This document shows positions 9,633 through 19,952 of a DNA stretch of 64,000 bases, piece after piece (the first letter of the stretch is position 1; each line of letters opens with the position of its first letter). Made by a program: the position numbers and the translations under genes. The notes beneath the pieces are model-generated. The model was not told the DNA's origin. It made no database searches and saw only the letters and a program-made list of their open reading frames with translations. Source of the DNA: an uncultured Verrucomicrobiae bacterium (GTDB taxonomy: Bacteria > Verrucomicrobiota > Verrucomicrobiia > Chthoniobacterales > UBA10450); assembly GCA_963756875.1 (NCBI GenBank), contig CAVWPA010000003.1, positions 96,001 to 160,000 on the forward strand, written 5' to 3'.

Positions 9633-10409
9633 GTGATGCGAAAGAAGATCGTTGCCGCCAACTGGAAGATGAATATGACGCAGGAAGAGTCTGCGCATTT
9701 TGTCGAATCGTTGCTTCTCGACCTGGGCGACATCTCCGATGTGGAAGTGGTGATCGTTCCGCCCTTCACGGCGATTGCCAGGGTTGCCCAGTCGCTCGGC
9801 AAGGCGCAAAACATTAAGGTCGGCGCGCAGAACATGTACTGGGAGCACAATGGCGCGTTTACCGGCGAGATCAGCGCGGCGTTGTTGCGCGACTTATATG
9901 TGCGTTACGTCGTGCTCGGTCATAGCGAACGCCGTTCCCTGTTCCGCGAGACGGACGAAATCGTGAACCGAAAAGTCCGGGCCGCGCATGAAGCGGCTCT
10001 TCGGCCGATCGTCTGTGTTGGAGAGACATTGGCCCAACGTGAAAAGGGTAACGTCGAAAAAATCCTGTCGATCCAACTGCGCGCCAGTCTCAAGGACCTG
10101 GGCGAAAAGGAACTGCAGGAAACGGTAATCGCCTACGAACCGGTCTGGGCCATCGGCACCGGCCGCGTGGCCACGCCGGACCAGGCGCAGAGCGCGCACG
10201 CCTTCATTCGACAAATACTTGTAAAAATCTCCGACGAGGCGACGGCCGACCGCATGCGCATCCAGTACGGCGGCTCCGTGAAACCGGAGAACGCACGCGA
10301 GCTGATGACTCAGCCGGACATCGACGGCGCCCTGGTCGGCGGCGCCAGCCTCGATCCGCGCAGCTTCGCCGAAATTGTCAAAGCGGCGCGCGACGAAGAA
10401 TCGTCGTAG
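9633..10409 (+). CDS. tpiA: Triosephosphate isomerase
   Basis: ANWKMN, GHSERR, AYEPVWAIGTG, YGGSV, LVGGAS. Confidence 0.97.
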   Translation: MMRKKIVAANWKMNMTQEESAHFVESLLLDLGDISDVEVVIVPPFTAIARVAQSLGKAQNIKVGAQNMYWEHNGAFTGEISAALLRDLYVRYVVLGHSERRSLFRETDEIVNRKVRAAHEAALRPIVCVGETLAQREKGNVEKILSIQLRASLKDLGEKELQETVIAYEPVWAIGTGRVATPDQAQSAHAFIRQILVKISDEATADRMRIQYGGSVKPENARELMTQPDIDGALVGGASLDPRSFAEIVKAARDEESS

Positions 10410-10456
10410 CCGCTTCGCTCGGGGGGACACGGCGACAGAGCGCCGTGGCTACAAAT

Positions 10457-11212
10457 TTATTTTTTAATTTCCAGATAAGTGCGAGATAGCACGTGGTTTG
10501 TGCCGGGCTTCAATTGTTCGATGCGCATTTGTTTCAGAAACCAGCGGTTGTCGATTTTCTGCGCCGAGACGACTTCGAATCGTTTCAACAGTTGCCCCTT
10601 CCAATCGTAACCTTCCATCCGCATGAGCGCGCCGCTCTGCTTGTCTACCCACAGAAACACGTTTGAGTATTGCGACTCGCGCGACGGCGCATGCAATTGC
10701 AATTTCCAGCAATTGCGCGTGCGCACGTTTTCCTCGCCCAAAACGCGCGCATTTGGCCAATAAAGAAATCTAAGCGCGAGATCGCCGTAGGTAACTCCGG
10801 TGCCGCGAATGTCCTCACTGAACTTCGAGGCTGTGAATTTTTCCTTGTCGCCGCCGGATACCAGATCGAGACGGGAGCCATGTTCGCCCAATCGCAATTG
10901 CAACACCTGGTCGGGGTTGGAAAACACGTAACGGATGATCGGGCCGTCCTGAATGAGCCGAAACGGGACCACGGTGTCGTTTTGACGAAGCTGCCCTTGC
11001 AAATCGAGATGCTGCTGCGACTCCAGCATGCGGACCGAATCGAGCACCTCTTTCGCGGAAGGAACCGCGCCGCCGTAAACCGGCAGCGAAACAAGAGCCA
11101 AAGCAATGACGAACGAAGCTCGAATGCTCAAATGATCACAAAATGATGGCCGCGCCTTTCGCCAGGTGGACTTCTTTGTTTCCTTCGTCATTAGACATTC
11201 GTCATTCGTCAT
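10457..11212 (-). CDS. Outer-membrane lipoprotein-sorting (LolA-like) protein; start uncertain
   Basis: Signal-like hydrophobic stretch, GTGVTYGDL and YSNVFLWVDK pattern; N-terminus overlaps an AATGACG repeat. Confidence 0.65.
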   Translation of the reverse strand: MTNDECLMTKETKKSTWRKARPSFCDHLSIRASFVIALALVSLPVYGGAVPSAKEVLDSVRMLESQQHLDLQGQLRQNDTVVPFRLIQDGPIIRYVFSNPDQVLQLRLGEHGSRLDLVSGGDKEKFTASKFSEDIRGTGVTYGDLALRFLYWPNARVLGEENVRTRNCWKLQLHAPSRESQYSNVFLWVDKQSGALMRMEGYDWKGQLLKRFEVVSAQKIDNRWFLKQMRIEQLKPGTNHVLSRTYLEIKK

Positions 11213-11273
11213 TGATCATTCTGACTTAAAACCGCGGACTTTAAAGTTAAGCTTCCTCCTCGCATTCAGACAC

Positions 11274-11927
11274 ATGGATCAAGCCCTGTTTCATCTTATC
11301 AACGAGCAATGGACGAATCCCGCGCTCGATTTGTTCATGGCTGCGATGAGCAATATTAATATCTGGCGGCCGGTGCTGATCGCGGCCGGAGTGGCCGTAC
11401 TTTTCCTTGGCGGATTCAAGGCGCGGGCCTGCCTTCTCTGTTTGATGGTGGCTCTGTTAATCTCGGTGCAAGTCACCCGCGTTCTGAAACTGGTGGTCGA
11501 CCGGCACCGTCCCAAACAGGTGGAACGCGTCCGCATGGTCCAGCTGCAGAAAGCGCAGCCGGAATTCATGACGCTGTTTAAAAAGCCGACGATCCGCTAT
11601 TCGGATGAAACCGATCGCAACCGCTCCGGCCCGTCGTTCCCGTCGGGACACATGACAAACAACACAGTGGCTGCGGTTTGCCTGACGCTCTTTTACCGGC
11701 GACGCGGCGCGCTTTACTGGATTATCACCGCCGCGGTTGGCTATTCGCGAATTTATCTGGGAGCGCACTGGCCGACTGACATCATCGGCACTCTTTTCCT
11801 TGCTGTCGGTGAAGCGCTTCTCATCGTTGCCGCGCTCGAATTCGTCTGGCGACGGGTCGCGCCAAAATGGGCACCGCAGATGTTTGCGAGTCATCCAAGT
11901 TTGTTTGCCGATTCAACGCGACGATGA
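11274..11927 (+). CDS. PAP2-family phosphatase
   Basis: K..V.R.RP, SFPSGH, SRIYLGAHWPTD; start ATG 11274. Confidence 0.88.
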   Translation: MDQALFHLINEQWTNPALDLFMAAMSNINIWRPVLIAAGVAVLFLGGFKARACLLCLMVALLISVQVTRVLKLVVDRHRPKQVERVRMVQLQKAQPEFMTLFKKPTIRYSDETDRNRSGPSFPSGHMTNNTVAAVCLTLFYRRRGALYWIITAAVGYSRIYLGAHWPTDIIGTLFLAVGEALLIVAALEFVWRRVAPKWAPQMFASHPSLFADSTRR

Positions 11928-13504
11928 ACACAAGACGTGCCGTCTGGCTCTTCATCATCATCCTGACCGTCATTCGATGGTCGATGCTGGCGACAACCGA
12001 CCTGGAATTCGACGAGGCCTATTATTGGATGTGGTCGAATCATCTGGCCCCCGCTTATTTCAGCAAGGGACCGGGCGTGGCGTTCGCCATTCGCGCCAGC
12101 ACAGCTGTCTTCGGCAATAACGAATTTGGCGTTCGCTTTTTCAGCCCGCTCCTCGCAGCGGGAACAAGTTTGCTTCTTTTTTATTTCGCGAGGCGGCTGT
12201 TCAACGAGACCGCCGGCTTGTGGGCCGTGATCGCCTTGAACGTAACGCCGATATTCAACATCGGCGCAATCCTGATGACGATCGATCCGTTATCGATCTT
12301 TTTCTGGACGGCCGCGATGTTTACCTTCTGGCTCGCGTGTGAACGGAGCCCCGAATTTTCGTGGTTTTGGCCGATAACCGGTCTGCTCATCGGTCTTGGA
12401 TTTTTATGCAAATACACGAACGCCCTTGAGATCGTTTCGGTTTTGCTCGTGCTCGCCCTGGCGCCGCGCCTGCGCCCGGAGTTCAAGCGACCGGGCCTCT
12501 ATTGGCTGCTGGGGCTCTTTTGTCTGTCTACGGTCCCGCCCATTGTGTGGAACGCGCGCCACGCGTGGATAACGCTGATCCACCTTCGCTCGCGCGGGAG
12601 TCTCGAACACGGTTTCGGCCTCCACCCACTGGAGGCGCTAAAATTTCTTGGCGAGCATTTCGTCGTTTACTCGCCGCTCCTTTTTCTTGCGCTCGCCTGG
12701 GGGGTGATCGGAATTTCGCGGCGGATTAATCAGCAATTCAAGGTGCTTTTTCTTTTTTGGTTTGGGGCGCCCGTTTTCTTCTTTTATCTGCTCCTCTCGC
12801 TAAACAAGGCGGCCGCGCCGAATTGGGACGCGCTGTCATTTCTCAGCTTTGGCTTGCTTGCGATCTATTTCTGGCGCGAACGCCTGGAGAAACGGACGGC
12901 TCTGAGACAATGGGCGGCCGTGGCGCTGCTTCTTGGCCTTTTTACGAGCATGCTTGCCATCGACACAGACGTGATCCGCACCGCTGGACTTCGATTCCGC
13001 CGAAAAGATCCAAGCGATCGGATGCGCGGCTGGAAATCGGCCACAGCAGAGGTCGAGCGTATCCGCAAGGACATGGAAACAAGACTTGGCGAAAAACTGT
13101 TCCTGATTGCCGACGAACGCGATCGCGCCTCGGAAATTTCCTTCTATCTGCGCGATAAAGAGCGGGAAGGACCCAAGCATCCGCCAGTTTACATTGTGGA
13201 GTCGCAGGATTTGGTGAACGAGTTTTCCTTCTGGCCCCGCTATGATGAATTTGTGGCGGCTCCGGTCAAGGCGCCCGAAGCGCCCGGTTTGGACACCTAC
13301 ACGGAGGAGAAAGGAGTCAATCTGTTCACAGGGCGCAGTGCGCTGTTTATCCGCGGCCACGAGGGCCGATACTTGCCGCACAACATCCGCGCCGCATTTC
13401 AATCGACCGAACCGGTCGGCACCATCAGGGTGCTAAGATTCGGAAAGGTCCTGCGAATTTGGCAGATTTTCCTATGCAGGAACTATCACACGCTTCCGTT
13501 ATGA
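11924..13504 (+). CDS. ArnT/PMT-like (GT39/GT83) membrane glycosyltransferase
   Basis: DEAYYW.WS..L...YFSKGP, multiple TM helices, GLGFLCKYT; ATGA overlap with the PAP2 gene. Confidence 0.85.
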   Translation: MNTRRAVWLFIIILTVIRWSMLATTDLEFDEAYYWMWSNHLAPAYFSKGPGVAFAIRASTAVFGNNEFGVRFFSPLLAAGTSLLLFYFARRLFNETAGLWAVIALNVTPIFNIGAILMTIDPLSIFFWTAAMFTFWLACERSPEFSWFWPITGLLIGLGFLCKYTNALEIVSVLLVLALAPRLRPEFKRPGLYWLLGLFCLSTVPPIVWNARHAWITLIHLRSRGSLEHGFGLHPLEALKFLGEHFVVYSPLLFLALAWGVIGISRRINQQFKVLFLFWFGAPVFFFYLLLSLNKAAAPNWDALSFLSFGLLAIYFWRERLEKRTALRQWAAVALLLGLFTSMLAIDTDVIRTAGLRFRRKDPSDRMRGWKSATAEVERIRKDMETRLGEKLFLIADERDRASEISFYLRDKEREGPKHPPVYIVESQDLVNEFSFWPRYDEFVAAPVKAPEAPGLDTYTEEKGVNLFTGRSALFIRGHEGRYLPHNIRAAFQSTEPVGTIRVLRFGKVLRIWQIFLCRNYHTLPL

Positions 13505-14217
13505 GCGACGCGGCGAATTCACCGGCGATTTCCGTCGTTGTCCCGGTCTTCAACGAGGAAGAAAATATCTCGATCCTGCAATCGGAGTTGCGAGCGGCGC
13601 TTTCCGGGCGCGATTACGAAATCATTTTTGTCGACGACGGCTCGACCGATCGCACGGCTGAGCGCATCGAAGATGCGCCCCAGGTTCGAATATTGCGTTT
13701 CGAGAAAAATGCGGGGCAGAGTGCCGCCCTGTATGCCGGATCAAAGGCGGCCCGCGGCAAAACGGTTGTCCTGATTGACGGCGATCTGCAAAACGACCCG
13801 GCCGATATCCCGCGGCTACTGGCCGAAATCGATCGCGGAGCCGATCTTGTTTGCGGCTTTCGTGCAAAGCGCAAAGATACAACGGTAAAACGCCTAACGA
13901 GCAGGGTAGCGAATTTCGTGCGCAGCCGATACACAAAGGACGGGGTGCGGGACACCGGCTGCACGTTGAAAGCGATGCGGCGCGAGTGCGTCGAGGCGCT
14001 CGTTCCATTCAAGGGAATGCACCGATTCATTCCGGCTCTGGTTAAAGGCGCGGGCTATCGAATTGTCGAGACCCCGGTAAACCATCGGCCGCGCCGTTTC
14101 GGGCGAAGCAAGTATGGATTGGGAAATCGTGCGTTGCGCGCCACAGCCGACATGTTCGGCGTGCGATGGCTTCTGTCGCGGAGATTGAATTACAAACTTC
14201 GTCAGCGCGAACGGTGA
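13501..14217 (+). CDS. GT2 polyprenol-phosphate glycosyltransferase (ArnC/DPM1-like)
   Basis: VVPVFNE, VDDGSTD, DGDLQNDP, DTGC.LKA, HRFIPAL. Confidence 0.88.
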   Translation: MSDAANSPAISVVVPVFNEEENISILQSELRAALSGRDYEIIFVDDGSTDRTAERIEDAPQVRILRFEKNAGQSAALYAGSKAARGKTVVLIDGDLQNDPADIPRLLAEIDRGADLVCGFRAKRKDTTVKRLTSRVANFVRSRYTKDGVRDTGCTLKAMRRECVEALVPFKGMHRFIPALVKGAGYRIVETPVNHRPRRFGRSKYGLGNRALRATADMFGVRWLLSRRLNYKLRQRER

Positions 14218-14268
14218 AGAGCTTCTTCTCGCAACAGGGCCAGTGTCTGGGAAATTGGCGTGAGCGCA

Positions 14269-14323
14269 CCCTCACCGGGCGCTTCGCGTCCTCCTCTCCC
14301 TGAGGAGAGGAACGAGGTGAGGG
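14269..14323. repeat. Palindromic element CCCTCACC...CCTCTCC...GGAGAGG...GGTGAGGG
   Basis: 8-bp terminal inverted repeat plus an internal hairpin. Confidence 0.6.
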
Positions 14324-14444
14324 CCCGCTTTCCAGATGGCAGCCCATAAATGGCCAGCATTACGCGCAGCGGTTCGAAATATCCAAAATGCCTTGTCAAG
14401 CTGGATGCTCCCGGTAAACTTTCGCTCCCACTGGGGATCTCCGT

Positions 14445-14912
14445 ATGTCGTTGGGCAATTTACTATCTTCCGAACAAATTATTCCCGAGATGAAGGCGAC
14501 CGAACGCTGGCCGGCCATCGTCGAGTTGATCGATTTGCTCGTTAGCCTGGGCAAAATCAAGGCGGACGCGCGCGACAGCATTCTCGCGTCGCTCAAGCAA
14601 CGCGAAGAGACCATGAGCACCGGGATTGGTTTTGGCATCGCCATCCCGCACTGTTCGTCCGACCGGCTCGACGAAGTCGTGGCCGCATTTGGAAGATCGA
14701 GCACCGGGATCGAGTTCGACGCGCTCGACAACGCGCCGGTCAAATTTGTCGTTCTTTTCATTGTGCCGAAGAACCAGTTCCAAACGCACCTGCGCACGCT
14801 CGCCTCGATCGCGAAGTTTCTGAACGATCGCGCCACGCGTGAGCGCCTCGCGAAGGCGACATCGACCGACGAGATTTTGTCGATCTTTCGCGATTCCGGT
14901 AAAACTGAATAA
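14445..14912 (+). CDS. PTS EIIA component (fructose/Ntr type)
   Basis: RE..MSTGIG.GIAIPH, GIEFDALD..PV. Confidence 0.88.
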   Translation: MSLGNLLSSEQIIPEMKATERWPAIVELIDLLVSLGKIKADARDSILASLKQREETMSTGIGFGIAIPHCSSDRLDEVVAAFGRSSTGIEFDALDNAPVKFVVLFIVPKNQFQTHLRTLASIAKFLNDRATRERLAKATSTDEILSIFRDSGKTE

Positions 14913-14913
14913 C

Positions 14914-14995
14914 CTGTAGCCGCCGATCTTCGGCCGGCGCGATGCGCGGGTGTTAGCAATGTCAGCGTTTCGCTCGCCGCGGTGAGCGGCTACAG
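14914..14995. repeat. GTAG-type REP doublet
   Basis: ctgtagccgc...gcggctacag terminal inverted repeat with internal hairpins. Confidence 0.6.
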
Positions 14996-15008
14996 TTGCC
15001 TCGAATTC

Positions 15009-16769
15009 ATGGAAACGTTCCAATCAATTCTCGCCAGACGGCTGAGCGATTCGCTCGCGAAGGCAGGGTTGCCCGGCCCCGGCGAATTGACGCAGGCAGC
15101 GGATCCGCGCTTTGGCGACTATCAGACAAATGCCGCGCTCGTACTCGCGAAGCAACGCGGTGAAAATCCACGAGACGTCGCCGCGAAGATTCTCGCGCAA
15201 CTGGATGTCGGCGATATTTGCCAGCCGCCAACCGTAGCAGGAGCCGGGTTTATCAATTTTACTCTGCGCCCGGAAGCCGCGGCGGAGAAGACTGCCGCGC
15301 TCCTTAAAGACGAAAGGCTTGGCGTTGCCGGAGCGGCATCGCCCAGACGAATCGTGGTCGATTTTGGGTCGCCCAACGTGGCGAAACCGATGCATGTCGG
15401 TCACATCCGCAGCACAGTGCTCGGCGACACGCTCGCTCGCATCGCGACGTTTCTCGGCCACGAAGTCATTCGCGACAACCACATCGGCGATTGGGGCACG
15501 CAATTTGGAATGGTAATTTGGGGCTGGAAAAATCTGCTGGACCGGCGAGCACTGGAACGCGATCCCGTGGCGGAAATTGTTCGGATCTACAAGGAGACCA
15601 ACGAACGATCGACGGCCGATCCCGCAATCCGCGAAGCGTGCCGCCAGGAATTGGTGAAGCTGCAGGCCGGCGACAAGGAAAACATCGACATCTGGAACGA
15701 ATGCGTGGCGCTCTCGATGCAGGGTTTTGAGCACGTTTACGAATTGCTCGACATTCATTACGACATCCAGTGCGGCGAAAGTTTTTATAACGACCGCCTG
15801 CCGGGCGTGGTCGAACGGCTGCTCAAATCCGGCATCGCCGAAGTGAGCGAGGGCGCGGTCTGTGTTTTCTTTCGCGATGTCCCGGAGCTGGCGGACAAAC
15901 CGTGCATCATTCGCAAACGCGACGGCGGATTCAATTATGCCACTAGCGATCTGGCGACGGTCGATTACCGCGTTAACGATTTAAAGGCAAATACCGTTTG
16001 GTACGTCGTCGGCGCACCGCAGGTCTTGCATTTCAAACAGATTTTCACGATTGCCCGGCGCGAAGGGTACACCGCGGATTTTCGCCACATTCCCTTTGGA
16101 AACATTCTGGGCGAAGACCGTAAGCTGATGAAAACGCGCTCGGGCGAGAACGTCCCCTTGCGGGATGTTCTGGAGGAAGCCCTCAAGCGTGCACGAAAGA
16201 TCATCGACGAAAAAAATCCTGACTTGAGCGAAGAGGAAAAAGCCGACGTCGCACAAAAAATCGGCATCGGCGCGGTTAAATATGCCGATCTCTCGCAATA
16301 TCGAATGACCGATTATGTTTTCTCCTGGGACAAAATGTTGTCGTTACAGGGGAACACTGCCCCGTACTTGCAAAACGCGTACGTGCGCATTCAATCGATT
16401 TTTCGAAAAGCAGGCGAAACCGCTGTAGCCACGCCCTTGCAGGGCGTTGAGAAAGAGACGGGCCACAGGCCCGTGGCTACAGTAACCGGCGCACTGACGC
16501 TGGTTGAATCTGCGGAGATCAATCTGGCAAAACGGTTATGCCAGTTCGCGGAAACGGTTCCGCAAGTGCTGAACGATTTTCGGCCGAATATTCTCGCCAA
16601 TTACCTGTTCGAACTGGCGAACAGCTTTCACACGTTTTACGAAGCCTGTCCGGTGTTGAAGTCGGCGGAACCGGCGCGCAGCTCGCGCCTGGCCCTTTGC
16701 GAGCTAAGCGCACGAGTCTTGCAATGCGGCCTCGGTTTGTTAGGCATTAAAGTGCCGGAGAAAATGTAG
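15009..16769 (+). CDS. argS: Arginine--tRNA ligase
   Basis: SPNVAKPMHVGHIRST, GDWGTQFG, MKTRSG, GNTAPYLQ, terminal LLGI.VPEKM. Confidence 0.95.
   Translation: METFQSILARRLSDSLAKAGLPGPGELTQAADPRFGDYQTNAALVLAKQRGENPRDVAAKILAQLDVGDICQPPTVAGAGFINFTLRPEAAAEKTAALLKDERLGVAGAASPRRIVVDFGSPNVAKPMHVGHIRSTVLGDTLARIATFLGHEVIRDNHIGDWGTQFGMVIWGWKNLLDRRALERDPVAEIVRIYKETNERSTADPAIREACRQELVKLQAGDKENIDIWNECVALSMQGFEHVYELLDIHYDIQCGESFYNDRLPGVVERLLKSGIAEVSEGAVCVFFRDVPELADKPCIIRKRDGGFNYATSDLATVDYRVNDLKANTVWYVVGAPQVLHFKQIFTIARREGYTADFRHIPFGNILGEDRKLMKTRSGENVPLRDVLEEALKRARKIIDEKNPDLSEEEKADVAQKIGIGAVKYADLSQYRMTDYVFSWDKMLSLQGNTAPYLQNAYVRIQSIFRKAGETAVATPLQGVEKETGHRPVATVTGALTLVESAEINLAKRLCQFAETVPQVLNDFRPNILANYLFELANSFHTFYEACPVLKSAEPARSSRLALCELSARVLQCGLGLLGIKVPEKM
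16423..16482. repeat. 60-bp REP doublet embedded in frame in argS
   Basis: ctgtagccacg / cgtggctacag perfect 11-bp inverted repeat with two 7-bp internal hairpins. Confidence 0.75.
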
Positions 16770-16885
16770 AGAAAACGCCGGGCGCCCAACATCGAGCCCA
16801 AAGCCCGAACTGTTGCGCGACGTGCGATCGCAAGATTCTTTCATTGGGCGTTGGACGTTGGGCGTTGGGCGTTGGACGTTTTCTT
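16770..16885. repeat. Inverted repeat with 7-nt periodic arms (TTGGGCG/TTGGACG)
   Basis: ttgggcgttggacgttgggcgttgggcgttggacgttttc right arm, degenerate left arm. Confidence 0.75.
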
Positions 16886-16892
16886 CCTGAAC

Positions 16893-19760
16893 ATGGAGAA
16901 TGTGAAAAACCAGCATCCGCGCATCCCAGTTTGCACCTACCGGTTGCAATTCAACCGGGATTTCACATTTACCCAGGCGCGCGAGGTTGTTTCCTACCTG
17001 CATGAGCTCGGCGCGAGCGACGCCTACGCCTCCCCCTATTTTCAGGCGCGCGCAAACAGTCTTCACGGTTACGACATCACCGATCACAATAAATTGAACG
17101 AGGCGATCGGTTCGCGCGCGGATTACGACGCGTGGGTATCGGAGTTGCACGCGCGCGGCATGGGACAGGTGCTCGATTTCGTGCCGAACCATATGGGAAT
17201 CGGCGAGCCGCAGAACCTTTGGTGGCAGGACGTCCTCGAGAACGGCCCCAGCTCGACTTACGCGTCCTATTTCGACATCGACTGGCAGCCGCCCAAATCC
17301 GACCTGCACGACAAAGTGTTGCTGCCGATCCTCGGGGACCAATATGGGCGCGTGCTCGAACGCGGTGAACTAAAAGTGGGCTTCGAGGCCGGCACGTTCA
17401 CACTGTATTACTACGATCACATTTTGCCGATCGCGCCGGGGACGTACCGCTACATCCTCGATATCGCGCTCGAAAATCTGGCCGAATACAAAGAGGAAAC
17501 GTTCTACGCCGAGTTGCAGAGTATTTTGACAGCCCTCGAATACCTGCCACGACGCACGGAGACCGACCCGGAAAAGATCGCGGAACGCACCCGTGAAAAG
17601 GAAATCATCAAGCGGCGACTGGAGCGCAGGTCGCAAGAGGCGCCACAGGTTCAAGACGCAATCGACAAGGCGCTGGCACAAATCAACGGCAGGCCGGGCG
17701 AACCCCGCAGCTTCGACAGGCTCAATGAATTGTTGAACGCGCAAGCCTACCGCCTCGCCTTTTGGCGCGTGGCGGCTGAAGAAATCAACTATCGCCGCTT
17801 CTTCGATGTAAACGATCTGGCCGCCATTCGCATGGAAGTGCCGGAAGTCTTCGAAGCGACTCACCGGCTTCTTTTCGAGCTTGTCCGGGTTGGCGCGGTG
17901 ACCGGACTGCGAATCGACCATCCCGACGGCTTGTACTTGCCCAGGGACTATTTCGAGAAAATCCAGCGGCGCTGCGCGGAAGCGCTCGGAATTCCGCTGC
18001 CGGCAGACGGCCGCGCAATTTACATGGTCGTCGAAAAAATCCTGAGCGGCGCCGAACAATTACCCCGCAACTGGCCTGTGCATGGCACAACCGGCTACGA
18101 TTTTACAAACGATGTAACGCAATTGCTTGTCGATTCCGCCGCCGAGGAGGCCATCACCAAGGCCTACCGGCGTTTTATCGGGCATTCGATGCATTTCGGG
18201 CATCTGATGTACGCAAAGAAACGGCAGGTCACGCGACTGGCGCTTGCCAATGACGTGAACGTGCTCGGTGGCATGCTGGACCGGCTCTCCGAGCATAATC
18301 GCTGGTACCGCGATTTTACCCTTCAATCGCTGTCACTGGCTGTCCGTGAGACGATCGCCTGCTTCCCGGTTTACCGCACTTATCTCGAGCCCGGCGAACC
18401 CGTCAGCGATGCCGACCGGCAGGTCATCGAGCGCGCCATCGCCGCGGCCAAGCGGCGCAATCCGGGCGTCGAAGAATCGGTCTTCAATTTTTTGCGCGAC
18501 ATTTTGCTTTTCCGATTTCCGAAAAATCTCGACGAAGAATCGCGGGCGGAACACACGCAGTTCGTTCTCAAGTTTCAGCAATACACGGGGCCCATCACGG
18601 CAAAAGGGCTCGAGGACACGGTGTTCTATATTTTCAATCGTCTGGCTGCCCTGAACGAAGTAGGCGGGGAACCGCAGCAATTCGGGATCGGTATCGATAA
18701 ATTTCATCAGCGCAATCGGGACCGGCAACGCGACTGGCCGTCGACGTTACTGGCGACCTCGACGCACGACACGAAGAGAAGCGAAGATGTGCGCGCGCGA
18801 ATGGTCGCCATTTCGGAGATGCCCCATCTTTGGCGACAGTCGCTGCAGCGGTGGCGCACGGCGAATCACCGCTGGAAAAAGCGCATCGAAGAAGCGGAAG
18901 CGCCGGACGCGAACGAAGAGTATCTCCTCTATCAGACTCTTCTGGGAATGTGGCCGGTGAACACGCGCGGTCAGGCCGAAAAGACGATTGGGACGGAATT
19001 GATAGAACGAATCCAGGCGTACATGGCGAAAGCCCTTAATGAAGCCAAGATCAACACCAGCTGGATCCAACCTAACGAAGCGTGGCTGTCCGCGACGCGT
19101 GATTTTGTTACCGCCATTCTCGAACCGTCGGCCAAGAACAGATTTCTTGCGGGCTTTCTTCCCATCGTCGAGGAGATCGCGCGCCTGGGCGCGATTAACT
19201 CGCTCGCCCAAACCCTGTTAAAGTTCACTTCGCCGGGTTTGCCCGACATCTATCAAGGCAGCGAGATCTGGAATTTTTCTCTGGTGGATCCTGACAATCG
19301 GCAGCCGGTCGATTACAAATGCCGGCGCAAAATGCTTCAATCGATCGCGAAGACAAATCCGGACGAGCTCTTTCAAAACTGGCCGGACGGCCGAATCAAA
19401 ATGTTTTTGACTCACCGGCTGCTCCGGTTCCGGAACGAACATGTCGACCTTTTCCGGCACGGCGATTATTTGCCGCTCAACACCGGCGGAACGTTTGCCG
19501 AGTGTGCCGTCAGTTTCGCGAGAAAACTGGATGATCACTGGATCGTGATCGTCGCGCCGCGGCTTTCTTCGCGTATTGGTTTTCCACCGCTTGGTTCGTG
19601 GTGGAAAGAGACCGTTGTCGATCTGCCGGATTCGCTCTCGTTCGCGCACGCGCACGCGCACGATCTTTTTACATGTCGTGAAGTAGGTTTGGAAAATCGC
19701 CGGCTGAAACTCGCGGACGCGTTATCGATCCTGCCGTTCGCGGCGATTACGAATCTGTAG
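16893..19760 (+). CDS. treY: Malto-oligosyltrehalose synthase
   Basis: [54 protein letters not shown]. Confidence 0.93.
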   Translation: MENVKNQHPRIPVCTYRLQFNRDFTFTQAREVVSYLHELGASDAYASPYFQARANSLHGYDITDHNKLNEAIGSRADYDAWVSELHARGMGQVLDFVPNHMGIGEPQNLWWQDVLENGPSSTYASYFDIDWQPPKSDLHDKVLLPILGDQYGRVLERGELKVGFEAGTFTLYYYDHILPIAPGTYRYILDIALENLAEYKEETFYAELQSILTALEYLPRRTETDPEKIAERTREKEIIKRRLERRSQEAPQVQDAIDKALAQINGRPGEPRSFDRLNELLNAQAYRLAFWRVAAEEINYRRFFDVNDLAAIRMEVPEVFEATHRLLFELVRVGAVTGLRIDHPDGLYLPRDYFEKIQRRCAEALGIPLPADGRAIYMVVEKILSGAEQLPRNWPVHGTTGYDFTNDVTQLLVDSAAEEAITKAYRRFIGHSMHFGHLMYAKKRQVTRLALANDVNVLGGMLDRLSEHNRWYRDFTLQSLSLAVRETIACFPVYRTYLEPGEPVSDADRQVIERAIAAAKRRNPGVEESVFNFLRDILLFRFPKNLDEESRAEHTQFVLKFQQYTGPITAKGLEDTVFYIFNRLAALNEVGGEPQQFGIGIDKFHQRNRDRQRDWPSTLLATSTHDTKRSEDVRARMVAISEMPHLWRQSLQRWRTANHRWKKRIEEAEAPDANEEYLLYQTLLGMWPVNTRGQAEKTIGTELIERIQAYMAKALNEAKINTSWIQPNEAWLSATRDFVTAILEPSAKNRFLAGFLPIVEEIARLGAINSLAQTLLKFTSPGLPDIYQGSEIWNFSLVDPDNRQPVDYKCRRKMLQSIAKTNPDELFQNWPDGRIKMFLTHRLLRFRNEHVDLFRHGDYLPLNTGGTFAECAVSFARKLDDHWIVIVAPRLSSRIGFPPLGSWWKETVVDLPDSLSFAHAHAHDLFTCREVGLENRRLKLADALSILPFAAITNL

Positions 19761-19952
19761 CTGTAGCGGCGGTCTATGACCGTCGCACTTTTCCTCGGCA
19801 GGCGTCGCGCGCGGCGTCGAAAGGAGTCTCGGATGGGGTTCAAATCTTCGGGGGTGTTCGGGCACTTGTGGATGTGCGTTAAAGATTTATGCGACCCCGA
19901 AAGCATTCGGGGCCGCTACAAGCGGACCATCGGATAAATTTGGGAGTCTGAG

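Noticed and set aside
16840..16885. Tandem heptamers as a CRISPR array
   Set aside because: Units are 7 nt, contiguous, with no unique spacers and no cas genes
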